Shown here piece by piece: positions 1 through 8,841 of a DNA stretch of 64,000 nucleotides. Source of the stretch: Thermodesulfovibrionales bacterium (GTDB taxonomy: Bacteria; Nitrospirota; Thermodesulfovibrionia; Thermodesulfovibrionales; JdFR-86); NCBI GenBank assembly GCA_030682405.1, contig JAUXOF010000047.1, forward strand, positions 18,877 through 82,876, given 5' to 3'. A model generated the notes under the pieces. It did no database searches and was not told where the DNA came from. It worked only from the letters and a program-made list of their open reading frames with translations. Within the stretch, counting starts at the first letter, position 1. Each line of letters begins with the position of its first letter. Position numbers and translations under genes: made by a program.

Positions 1-1
1 G

Positions 2-211
2 GTGCTTGCGGCCTTCAACCTCATACCCGTGCCCCCTCTTGACGGAGGCAGGGTGCTTGTTGGTTTTCTTCCCAGGAATCAGGCGCATGCCTTAAGCAGG
101 GTTGAGCCTTACGGCATGATGATAGTCATCATCCTTATCGCAACCGGCATGGCGGAGTTTTTCATAAACCCTCTGATAAACCTGTTTCTTGCCGTTCTGA
201 GCCTGTTTTAA
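2..211 (+). CDS. Peptidase M50 (site-2 protease) family membrane metalloprotease, C-terminal fragment; 5' end lies outside the window
   Basis: ORF is open to the window edge. FNLIPVPPLDGGRV matches the conserved NxxPxxxLDG motif of M50 proteases and is followed by hydrophobic helices. Confidence 0.8.
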   Translation: MLAAFNLIPVPPLDGGRVLVGFLPRNQAHALSRVEPYGMMIVIILIATGMAEFFINPLINLFLAVLSLF

Positions 212-319
212 ACCGGAATTTCTTTTTAGGCAAGAGGGATTCAACTATAGCCCTATTGGGGATTTTGGCATATTCAAATACATCCCCTCCCTGTCCTCAT
301 TTGACCGAACCGGTTCGGG

Positions 320-349
320 TTGACCAGTTCCTTAAGGCCATAATATATT
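320..349 (+). promoter_or_regulatory. Putative sigma-70 promoter (TTGACC-N18-TATATT) firing into the tandem repeat array
   Basis: -35 TTGACC at 320-325 and -10 TATATT at 344-349 with an 18-bp spacer. Motif match by eye only. Confidence 0.3.
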
Positions 350-368
350 AACTGCATGAGGACACGGA

Positions 369-546
369 GGAACTACCTCCCCTCGCCCCTCCTTGTCAAG
401 GAGGGGATTTAATCCTCCCCTTAATAAGGAACTACCTCCCCTCGCCCCTCCTTGTCAAGGAGGGGATTTAATCCTCCCCTTAATAAGGAACTACCTCCCC
501 CATGCCCCTCCTTGTCAAGGAGGGGATTTAATCCTCCCCTTAATAA
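369..546. repeat. Three head-to-tail copies (59, 59, 60 bp) of one unit, each with a perfect 9-bp-stem palindrome CCCCTCCTT-GTC-AAGGAGGGG
   Basis: Units at 369-427, 428-486 and 487-546. Copies 1 and 2 are identical; copy 3 differs only at CCCCTCGCCCC -> CCCCCATGCCCC. No spacers between copies. Confidence 0.95.
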
Positions 547-726
547 GGGGAGGTTGGAGGGGTAAGGTAGATAAAGAGGGATTTCGGTCAAGCCGGAGAA
601 TGACGAAAGAGAAAATCTCAGGGTTAAAAAAGGGAATGCAAACGGTTTTTAAAGGACTGGAAATTTTCCGGTTAAATTCCCAAGGCATGCTGTGTTATAA
701 TTCTGCACTCCCCCTGGTTTGTGATT

Positions 727-2019
727 ATGGAAAAAGAGCTTCTCATAATAGACGGCGACGAGACCGTTGCACTCGGCATTAAAGGAATAAAAATGTCCGA
801 GGGCTGGAAGGTAAGCGCAAAAAAAAGGCTTTCCTCCGGGCTGAAGGCGGTAAGCGGCGGCTCGCAGATAGTGCTCCTCGCAAGCGCGCTTCCTGACGGA
901 GACGGGATAGACGGCCTGAGGCAGATAAAGGCGTATTATCCCGATGCCATGGTGATAGTGATGGTTCCGGAGGCAGGGGGCAAGGATGCTGTGGATGCGA
1001 TGAGGGCCGGGGCATATTCGGTTATCGGGAGGCCGGCATCTCAGGATATGCTTGAGGTGAGCCTTCAGAGGGCGGCGGAGTGCATTGTGTTTAAGGACGA
1101 GATCAGGAGGCTGAAGACGGAAAACATCCGGCCTCCGGCTGTTATCTGCAAAAGCCCGGAGATGCTGAAGGTTCTGAAACAGGTGGAGAAGTTTTCATCC
1201 AACGACGAGCCAGTGTTCATCTCAGGCGAAGAAGGCACGGGCAGGGAGCTTCTTGCGCGGCTAATCCATTTCCAGAGTTCAAAGAGGGCCGGGGCCTTCA
1301 TATCCGCAGATGCAGAAACGATATCAGAGGAAGGCGACCGCATATCTCAGGCAAAAAAAGGCACGCTTTTTATAAAAGGCATCGAAGGGCTTGCGCCGGC
1401 CCGTCAGGAAAAACTCCTCAGGCTTGTTGCTGAAAGCGAGTTCAGCCGGCCTCCGGGCAGCGAGGCGGGTGAGATTGATGTGCGCCTGATATTTTCGCTG
1501 AACAACAACAGCGGGTTTGACTGGGTGAACCTCAAGGTCCCGCCCCTGAGAAAAAGGAGAGAGGACATACCGCTTCTTGCAAGACATTTTCTGAAAGAGA
1601 CAGGGGAGGTTTTTAAGGCAGGCCCCCGGAGGCTTTCAAAGGAGGCAGAGAAGGCGCTATCGGATTATGAATGGCCGGGCAACGTCACGGAGCTTAAAAG
1701 CGCGGTCAGGAAGGCGTACATAATATCAAAAGACGGGGTGATTCGCAGGCAGGACCTGCTCTCAGAGGGGATAGGCTCTATAAGGGAGTTTCTTGAAAGC
1801 AAGCTGAGCCGGTATCTTAGGGACGCCGCAGGCAGGGGCAACTCCAACCTCTACAATACGGTCATATCCGAGGCCGAGAAGGCCCTGATAGAGATAGCGC
1901 TTAAGGAAACAGGGGGAAACCGGCTTAAGGCCGCAAGCATCCTCGGCATAAGCAGAAACACCCTCGGCGCAAAGGTTAAGGCCTACGGGATTAAGACGAA
2001 GGAGACTGAAGGCAGCTAA
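727..2019 (+). CDS. NtrC/sigma-54-activator-family regulator with degenerate receiver and AAA+ domains and an intact Fis-type HTH
   Basis: Receiver-like N-terminus. AAA+ core GEEGTGRELLARLIH...GTLFIKGIEG...IDVRLIF...WPGNVTELK. C-terminal HTH ALKETGGNRLKAASILGISRNTLGAKV. ATG at 727, alternative GTG at 721. Confidence 0.8.
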   Translation: MEKELLIIDGDETVALGIKGIKMSEGWKVSAKKRLSSGLKAVSGGSQIVLLASALPDGDGIDGLRQIKAYYPDAMVIVMVPEAGGKDAVDAMRAGAYSVIGRPASQDMLEVSLQRAAECIVFKDEIRRLKTENIRPPAVICKSPEMLKVLKQVEKFSSNDEPVFISGEEGTGRELLARLIHFQSSKRAGAFISADAETISEEGDRISQAKKGTLFIKGIEGLAPARQEKLLRLVAESEFSRPPGSEAGEIDVRLIFSLNNNSGFDWVNLKVPPLRKRREDIPLLARHFLKETGEVFKAGPRRLSKEAEKALSDYEWPGNVTELKSAVRKAYIISKDGVIRRQDLLSEGIGSIREFLESKLSRYLRDAAGRGNSNLYNTVISEAEKALIEIALKETGGNRLKAASILGISRNTLGAKVKAYGIKTKETEGS

Positions 2020-2804
2020 ACCCGTGCGTCCTTAAGCCCGTCTTTGCACAGGCATCCCCTCTCGGCAGGTATCAGGACGAAGGTCTCCCTTAGGAGGCTG
2101 TTTATCCTCAGGTTGGCCTCTTTCATCTTCTCGATGACATCTACCGCAGAAAGCTTTTTCCCGGCAATGCCTGCCGCATGGTTTGTCACAAGGCAGATGC
2201 CGGAGAAGCATATCTCAAGCTCCCGTGCAAGGCAGGCCTCGGGCATTCCGGTCATGCCCACGACATCGGCGCCCATAGCGGAGAAAAACTTTATCTCTGC
2301 CCTGCTCTCAAGCCGGGGGCCGTTTGTGCAGATATAGGCACCGGTTTGCACAGGCGCTATGCCGGTCTTTTTGCCTGCGGAAAGGACGCCCTGCCTGAGT
2401 TCAGGACAGTAAGGCTCTGTGAAGTCTATGTGCACGACCTCGTCGGCCTCGTAGAAGGTCGAGGCCCTTGCCCCCATAGTCATGTCTATTATCTGGTCAA
2501 GGAGGACTATGTCGCCGGGCTTAAGCGAGGGGTTGATGCCGCCTGTTGCGCTTACGGATATGAGCCTTTCCACGCCGAGGGATTTAAACCCCCAAAGGTT
2601 TGCCCTATAGTTTATCTTGTGGGGCGGGATGCTGTGGGGCTGACCGTGCCTCGGAAGGAATGCTATGGGGATGCCTTCTATCTCCCCAATCCTGTAAGGC
2701 GCCGAAGGTCTGCCATACGGGGTTTCGACCTCCCTGTCCTCCGTGATGCGGAGGCCGGAGATGTCGTAAAGCCCGCTTCCTCCTATGACGCCGATTTTAG
2801 ACAT
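2016..2804 (-). CDS. mtnP: S-methyl-5'-thioadenosine phosphorylase
   Basis: IGVIGGSGLY, AFLPRHG, INYRANLWGFKSLGV and GMTGMPEA motifs; length 262 aa is typical of MTAP. Confidence 0.9.
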   Translation of the reverse strand: MSKIGVIGGSGLYDISGLRITEDREVETPYGRPSAPYRIGEIEGIPIAFLPRHGQPHSIPPHKINYRANLWGFKSLGVERLISVSATGGINPSLKPGDIVLLDQIIDMTMGARASTFYEADEVVHIDFTEPYCPELRQGVLSAGKKTGIAPVQTGAYICTNGPRLESRAEIKFFSAMGADVVGMTGMPEACLARELEICFSGICLVTNHAAGIAGKKLSAVDVIEKMKEANLRINSLLRETFVLIPAERGCLCKDGLKDARV

Positions 2805-2849
2805 AACCCGTTAAATGCTATAATATTTCATTATATCCGGTCAACATCC

Positions 2850-4232
2850 ATGCTAAAACAGGAACTTTTATCCGAGGTCATAAGGAAAGCCCTTTCAAAC
2901 GGCGGCGAATATGCCGATGTATTCGTGGAATGGAGGCGTTCAACATTCATCCTGCTTGAGGACATGAAGATAGAGAAGGTGGTCTCAGGCATCGAGCAGG
3001 GGGCCGGCATAAGGCTGATTTTTGGCGGGAAGACCGCCTATGCCTTTACTAACGACCTGAGCGAAAAGGCACTCCTTGACATCGCCGGGATGCTAAGCTC
3101 ATCCGCTGCTCAGGGCAGGTTCGCCGGGGCGTTAGACTTGAGGACAAAGGCCCCGAATGTGAACTTTGTAATAAAGCAGCCGCCTGATGATGTCCCTATC
3201 TCAAGGAAAATCGGGATGGTAAAGGCCGCAAACGATACTGCAATGGCATTTGACAGCAGGATAAAACAGGCGAGCGTCCTTTACAGGGACTCCGCCCAGA
3301 ATGTCCAGATGGCCACATCCGAAGGCGAGGTCGCCTCTGATGAGCGCATACACACGGTCTCAATGGTAAACGTGGTGGCTGTAGAGGACGGCCTCATACA
3401 GACCGGATACGAAGCCGCAGGCGGGCTTATGGGGTTTGAGCTTTTTGATGAAAGCCCTTTGGAGGCCGTTGCGCTTAAGGCATCGAGGCGTGCGGCAATG
3501 ATGCTTGGCGCCCGGAGGGCGCCGGGCGGCCGGATGCCTGTGGTAATATCTTCAGAGGCCGGAGGCACCATGATACACGAGGCCATAGGCCACGGCCTTG
3601 AGGCCGACCTTTCCGGGCAGGGCCTTTCGGTGTTTTCCGGAAAGATGGGGCAAGAGGTGGCATCCCGGCTTGTGAGTGTCATTGACGACGCCACTTTACC
3701 CAACAAAAGGGGCTCTTTCAGATTTGACGACGAGGCAAACCCTTCCGAGAGGACAGTGCTTGTCAAGGACGGGGTGCTTGTCGGCTACATGTACGACAGG
3801 CTTTCCGCCATGCGCGAGGGCGCCAAGTCCACGGGAAACGGCCGGCGGGAATCTTACATGCACAGACCCATGCCGAGGATGTCCAACACCTTAATTGCGC
3901 CGGGCAATACCCCTCCTCGTGAGGTGCTTAAGGCAACCGAAAGGGGGCTGTTTGTCCGCAAGATGGGCGGAGGACAGGTTGATACCGTAACCGGAGACTT
4001 TGTATTCGATGTCCTTGAGGGCTATCTCATAGAGGGGGGCGCTGCAGCCGAGCCGGTAAGGGGGGCCACCCTTACGGGAAACGGCCCTGCCGTGCTTATG
4101 GCAATAGACATGGTCTCGTCCGACCTGGGCTTCTCTATAGGCACCTGCGGCAAGGACTCACAGGGCGTGCCTGTCTCAGACGCCATGCCGACAATCAGAA
4201 TACCGGAGATGGTCGTCGGCGGAGAGGTATGA
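2850..4232 (+). CDS. tldD: TldD-family metalloprotease
   Basis: HEAIGHGLEAD zinc motif and TldD/PmbA fold pattern. Start reassigned to the ATG at 2850 (MLKQELLSEV); the upstream part of the ORF is antisense to mtnP. Confidence 0.9.
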   Translation: MLKQELLSEVIRKALSNGGEYADVFVEWRRSTFILLEDMKIEKVVSGIEQGAGIRLIFGGKTAYAFTNDLSEKALLDIAGMLSSSAAQGRFAGALDLRTKAPNVNFVIKQPPDDVPISRKIGMVKAANDTAMAFDSRIKQASVLYRDSAQNVQMATSEGEVASDERIHTVSMVNVVAVEDGLIQTGYEAAGGLMGFELFDESPLEAVALKASRRAAMMLGARRAPGGRMPVVISSEAGGTMIHEAIGHGLEADLSGQGLSVFSGKMGQEVASRLVSVIDDATLPNKRGSFRFDDEANPSERTVLVKDGVLVGYMYDRLSAMREGAKSTGNGRRESYMHRPMPRMSNTLIAPGNTPPREVLKATERGLFVRKMGGGQVDTVTGDFVFDVLEGYLIEGGAAAEPVRGATLTGNGPAVLMAIDMVSSDLGFSIGTCGKDSQGVPVSDAMPTIRIPEMVVGGEV

Positions 4233-4340
4233 GGGCCATAGTCGCAATATTGCGATATATTGTGTCATAACCATACATCACTGAAGATAAATAGCATCAC
4301 AGGTTGAATAAATACCATTTGTTTATAAGCAGTTAGGCTT

Positions 4341-4356
4341 TGGCATCTTCTTTGCA
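4341..4356 (+). promoter_or_regulatory. Sigma-54-like -24/-12 element TGGCAT-N5-TTGCA directly upstream of lpxC
   Basis: GG and GC dinucleotides have the canonical spacing of TGGCAC-N5-TTGC. Only 12 nt separate it from the GTG start of lpxC, so its function is doubtful. Confidence 0.25.
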
Positions 4357-4368
4357 ACGAAATTACCC

Positions 4369-5295
4369 GTGCGTTTACAGAGAACACTTAAAGCTGAGTT
4401 GACAATCGAGGGCATTGGGCTTCACACAGGCGTCCACAGCATCGTCAGGCTCATACCCGCCCCCTCTAACAGCGGAATCGTCTTTTACAGGGAGGACAGG
4501 AACGTCTTCATAAGGGCGGATATCAATGCCGTAAACGATACGGCCTTTGCCACGACCCTCGGCTCCGGAGGCACGAGGGTCAAGACCGTGGAACACCTTC
4601 TTGCCGCACTTTCCGGGCTCGGCATAGACAACCTCGTTGTCCGGGTAAACGGCCCTGAGATACCGGTTATGGACGGAAGCTCGGCTGTGTTCGTAGACAT
4701 GATGCTTAAGGCCGGCATAGCGAAACAGGCCTCGGAAAGGCCGTTTATAAGAATACTTAAGCCCATATCCCTTAAAGAAGGCAATGCCGAGATTTACGCC
4801 CTGCCTTTTGAGGGCACGCTCATTACCTACCAGATACAGTACAAGCACCCCCTTTTGGGCGCCCAGAAAAAGAGCCTGAAGCTCGACGAGAAAACCTTCG
4901 TCAGGGAGCTTGCTCCGGCAAGAACTTTCGGGTTCCTCAAGGACGTCGAGCTAATGAGGGCAAACGGGCTTGCCAAGGGCGGCTCGCTCGAAAATGCGAT
5001 AATCCTAACCGATACGGCAGTGCTCAACGAGTCAGGGCTCAGGTTCCAAGACGAGTTCATAAGGCACAAAATGCTTGACCTTATAGGAGACCTCTCCCTT
5101 ATAGAATTCCCCCTTCTGGGGCACATCGTAGCCGTAAGGACGGGGCACGGCACAAACTGCAAGTTCGCAAAGACCCTGCTTTCGGCTCCGGAGTGCTGGG
5201 AGGTGACGCTTGAGGCACGGCCTGAGGAGGCCGTGCATGCGCATGAAAGGGAGATGCTCAAACTCGAGGCCATTCCTTCTTTTCTTACGTCTTGA
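4369..5295 (+). CDS. lpxC: UDP-3-O-acyl-N-acetylglucosamine deacetylase
   Basis: QRTLK...GIGLHTG N-terminus, VEHLLAALSGLGIDN, GFLKDVE, IRHKMLDLIGDL. GTG start. Confidence 0.92.
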   Translation: MRLQRTLKAELTIEGIGLHTGVHSIVRLIPAPSNSGIVFYREDRNVFIRADINAVNDTAFATTLGSGGTRVKTVEHLLAALSGLGIDNLVVRVNGPEIPVMDGSSAVFVDMMLKAGIAKQASERPFIRILKPISLKEGNAEIYALPFEGTLITYQIQYKHPLLGAQKKSLKLDEKTFVRELAPARTFGFLKDVELMRANGLAKGGSLENAIILTDTAVLNESGLRFQDEFIRHKMLDLIGDLSLIEFPLLGHIVAVRTGHGTNCKFAKTLLSAPECWEVTLEARPEEAVHAHEREMLKLEAIPSFLTS

Positions 5296-5376
5296 TTCTT
5301 AGTCCCCGTGGCGTATTAAAGCCTGATGCCGGTTAAGGGCATAATTACGCTTTCTTTTAATGAAGCCTGAATATAA

Positions 5377-5571
5377 TCAATCTTCCTTTATGGATATGGC
5401 GCGCTCCGGGCAGTTTTCCTCTGCAGCCTCGCAGCAACCCACGAATTCACAGGCCTCGGGGTCTATGACCTCGGCCTTCCCGATGGTCTCGTTTAAGTGG
5501 AATACGGCAGGGCATACCTCCTGACAGTTGCCGCAGCCTACGCAGAGGTCTTCGTCTATAACCGGTCTCAT
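5377..5571 (-). CDS. Small single-cluster [4Fe-4S]/[3Fe-4S] ferredoxin
   Basis: 64 aa with CVGCGNCQEVCP plus a distal C...CP. Confidence 0.8.
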   Translation of the reverse strand: MRPVIDEDLCVGCGNCQEVCPAVFHLNETIGKAEVIDPEACEFVGCCEAAEENCPERAISIKED

Positions 5572-5621
5572 ACTCAGGGATTATAACATCCCCTCATTTT
5601 ATTGGGCGCAAACCCCATACC

Positions 5622-6707
5622 TCAGGGGCTACAAACCCCCCTGAGGTATTTTTCATACTCCTCCGCTATTCTGTCCCATGTATAGTCCTGCACATAGCGT
5701 CTTCCGTTTTCTCCCATTTTCCTTCTGAGCTTTTCGTCTCCCAAAAGGGTATTTATCTTGTCTCTCAGGTCTTTTGCATCGCCTTTTTTAAAGGAAACCC
5801 CGAAGCCTCCTTCAAGCGCAAACGAAAGCTCCGGTATGTCGCTTACGATAACAGGAGTCCCGCAGTAAGCGGCCTCAATCACAACTATGCCCCAGCCCTC
5901 AAAACGCGAGGGAAGGACAAAAATCTCCGCCCCCTTCATAGCACCGAGCTTCCCGGCCTCATCCAAAAACCCCATGAATTCCACGTTTTTAAGAGAAGAG
6001 GCCATCCCTTTAAGCTTTGCCTCGTCCCTTCCCCGTCCGACGATAACGAGCTTCGTATCCACGCCTTTCATCGCCCCGATCAGGGTGTCAAGCCCCTTGT
6101 TTTTTATATGAAGCCTCCCGACATACGCTATATAAGGGGTCTTGGGCTTTTCAGTTTCGGGGATTTCTCCGGGGGGCAACGGCACGGGGGTTATGCCAGC
6201 CGGAATGACAACGGCATCCGGCCTTTTGAGCTTTTTCTTCGTGCCCTCCGAAAGGGCGGTGATGCGCTCAAAGGGCTTTGGATAAAACGCCTCTATAAGA
6301 AAAAACGGAATGCCGAGGACAAACCACCTTCTGATTATCCCAAAGCCTTCCCTGTGGTTTATGTGAAGCACTACGGGTTTTTTTGTAAGGAACCTTGAGA
6401 ACAGCGGGTTCCACGGCGCAAAGTCCTCGACCACAAGGTCAAACTCGTTGCCGTGCTTTTTAAGAAACCCCGCTGCCCTGATTGCATAAGAAAAAGTACT
6501 GAGGAGGTAGCTGCGTCCGCTCCCCACGAATTTATACTGAAGGCCGTCCTCTTTGTAGTCAACCGCTTCGGGGTACCTGCCGCTTACGACCGTTATCTCA
6601 TGTCCTCTTCCCGCAAGTCTCCGGCAGAGCTCATAAACCCGCACCGCGCCTCCTCCTCCGACCCACGGGTTATTCATATGGTCGTATATCAGGTGAAGTA
6701 TCTTCAC
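5622..6707 (-). CDS. Glycosyltransferase family 4 (GT-B, retaining)
   Basis: N-terminal GGGGAVRVYEL, C-terminal PSRFEGWGIVVIEAAYCGTPVIVSD (E-x7-E region). Confidence 0.85.
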   Translation of the reverse strand: MKILHLIYDHMNNPWVGGGGAVRVYELCRRLAGRGHEITVVSGRYPEAVDYKEDGLQYKFVGSGRSYLLSTFSYAIRAAGFLKKHGNEFDLVVEDFAPWNPLFSRFLTKKPVVLHINHREGFGIIRRWFVLGIPFFLIEAFYPKPFERITALSEGTKKKLKRPDAVVIPAGITPVPLPPGEIPETEKPKTPYIAYVGRLHIKNKGLDTLIGAMKGVDTKLVIVGRGRDEAKLKGMASSLKNVEFMGFLDEAGKLGAMKGAEIFVLPSRFEGWGIVVIEAAYCGTPVIVSDIPELSFALEGGFGVSFKKGDAKDLRDKINTLLGDEKLRRKMGENGRRYVQDYTWDRIAEEYEKYLRGVCSP

Positions 6708-6792
6708 TGAAGCGGGGCTCTCTTAGCGCCTGCCCCTTTTATGGCGGATGGGGCAGGCATGAATTGAGAAAAGTCATGGACAGCCGCTTGGG

Positions 6793-7818
6793 TCACAGTC
6801 CCTTTGATATGACATCTAAATCATGCTTTACCATTATGCCTATGAGTTCCCCAAACGAGGTCTTCGGAGACCACCTGAGCTCTTTCTTCGCCTTTGAGCA
6901 GTCCCCCTTAAGGATGTCAACCTCGGCGGGCCTGAAAAACTTCGGGTTAACGCTGACAAGCGTCTTCCCTGTTGCCTTATCAACGCCTTTTTCCTTGACC
7001 CCTTTACCTGACCACTTTATCCTTACCCCTATTTCCGCAAACGACTTCTCCACGAACTCCCTCACGCTGTGGGTCTCTCCTGTAGCGATTACGTAGTCAC
7101 GGGGGTTTTTCTGCTGGAGCATAAGCCAGATGGCCTCCACATACTCAGGGGCATAGCCCCAGTCGCGCCTTGCATCGAGGTTTCCCAAAGAGATGGACTT
7201 CTGAAGCCCGAGCTTTACCCTTGCCACGGACTGGGTTATCTTTTTCGTGACGAACTCAACCCCCCTCAGCGGGGACTCGTGGTTAAAGAGTATGCCTGAG
7301 CAGGCGTAAAGGCCGTAGGATTCCCTGTAATTTACAGTCATCCAGTGGGCAAAGAGCTTGGCTATGGCATAAGGGCTTCTCGGATAAAACGGGGTCTTTT
7401 CGTTCTGCGGGGTCTCCGCCGCCTTGCCGAACATCTCGGAGGAGGATGCCTGATAGAACCTAATCGCAGGGTTTACGTCCTTTATGGCCTCAAGCACCCT
7501 GAGGGGGCCGAGGCCGGTCACATCCGCGGTGAATACCGGCTGCTCAAAGGAAAGCGCAACGAAGCTCTGGGCGCCGAGATTGTATATCTCATCCGGCTCG
7601 TACTTCTCCACTGTGCGGTGGATGTTCGTAAACTCAAGCAGCTCTACGGGCACATACTCTATGTCATCCGCCACGCCCAAGAACTTAAGCCTGTTTATGT
7701 GGAGGTCCGAGGTCCTTCTGAATGCCCCGTAGACCTTGTACCCCTTCTCAAGAAGGAGCTTGCTCAGGTACGCCCCGTCCTGTCCTGTTATGCCTGTGAT
7801 AAGCGCTTTTTTTGACAT
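6793..7818 (-). CDS. gmd: GDP-mannose 4,6-dehydratase
   Basis: ALITGITGQDGAYLSKLLLEKGY, ASSSEMFG, GILFNHESPLRG. Confidence 0.93.
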   Translation of the reverse strand: MSKKALITGITGQDGAYLSKLLLEKGYKVYGAFRRTSDLHINRLKFLGVADDIEYVPVELLEFTNIHRTVEKYEPDEIYNLGAQSFVALSFEQPVFTADVTGLGPLRVLEAIKDVNPAIRFYQASSSEMFGKAAETPQNEKTPFYPRSPYAIAKLFAHWMTVNYRESYGLYACSGILFNHESPLRGVEFVTKKITQSVARVKLGLQKSISLGNLDARRDWGYAPEYVEAIWLMLQQKNPRDYVIATGETHSVREFVEKSFAEIGVRIKWSGKGVKEKGVDKATGKTLVSVNPKFFRPAEVDILKGDCSKAKKELRWSPKTSFGELIGIMVKHDLDVISKGL

Positions 7819-7896
7819 TATGACTCCTTTAAAGTTTATCTGATATAAGTCAGGGACTATATTTCGTAAACATCCCTGCCGTCCTGCCCCAAGACT

Positions 7897-8841
<945 letters not shown>

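Noticed and set aside
369-546. Possible CRISPR array
   Set aside because: The units are directly abutting with no spacers, there are only three copies, the unit length is 59 bp, and there are no cas genes in the window.
393-782. 129-aa ORF with internally repeated peptide (PPCQGGDLILPLIR x2)
   Set aside because: It is simply the translation of the 59-bp tandem DNA repeat. It has no start context, its composition is low-complexity, and it runs into the regulator gene in another frame.
2178-2849. Long N-terminal extension of the tldD ORF (684 aa in the ORF track)
   Set aside because: The extension is antisense to the well-supported mtnP gene and has no TldD similarity. The conserved TldD N-terminus begins at the ATG at 2850.
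5377-5571. Ferredoxin as a dedicated redox partner of the radical SAM enzymes
   Set aside because: It lies at the far end of the locus, >15 kb from either radical SAM gene and separated by a 50-bp gap from the GT4 gene. The association is no more than co-orientation.
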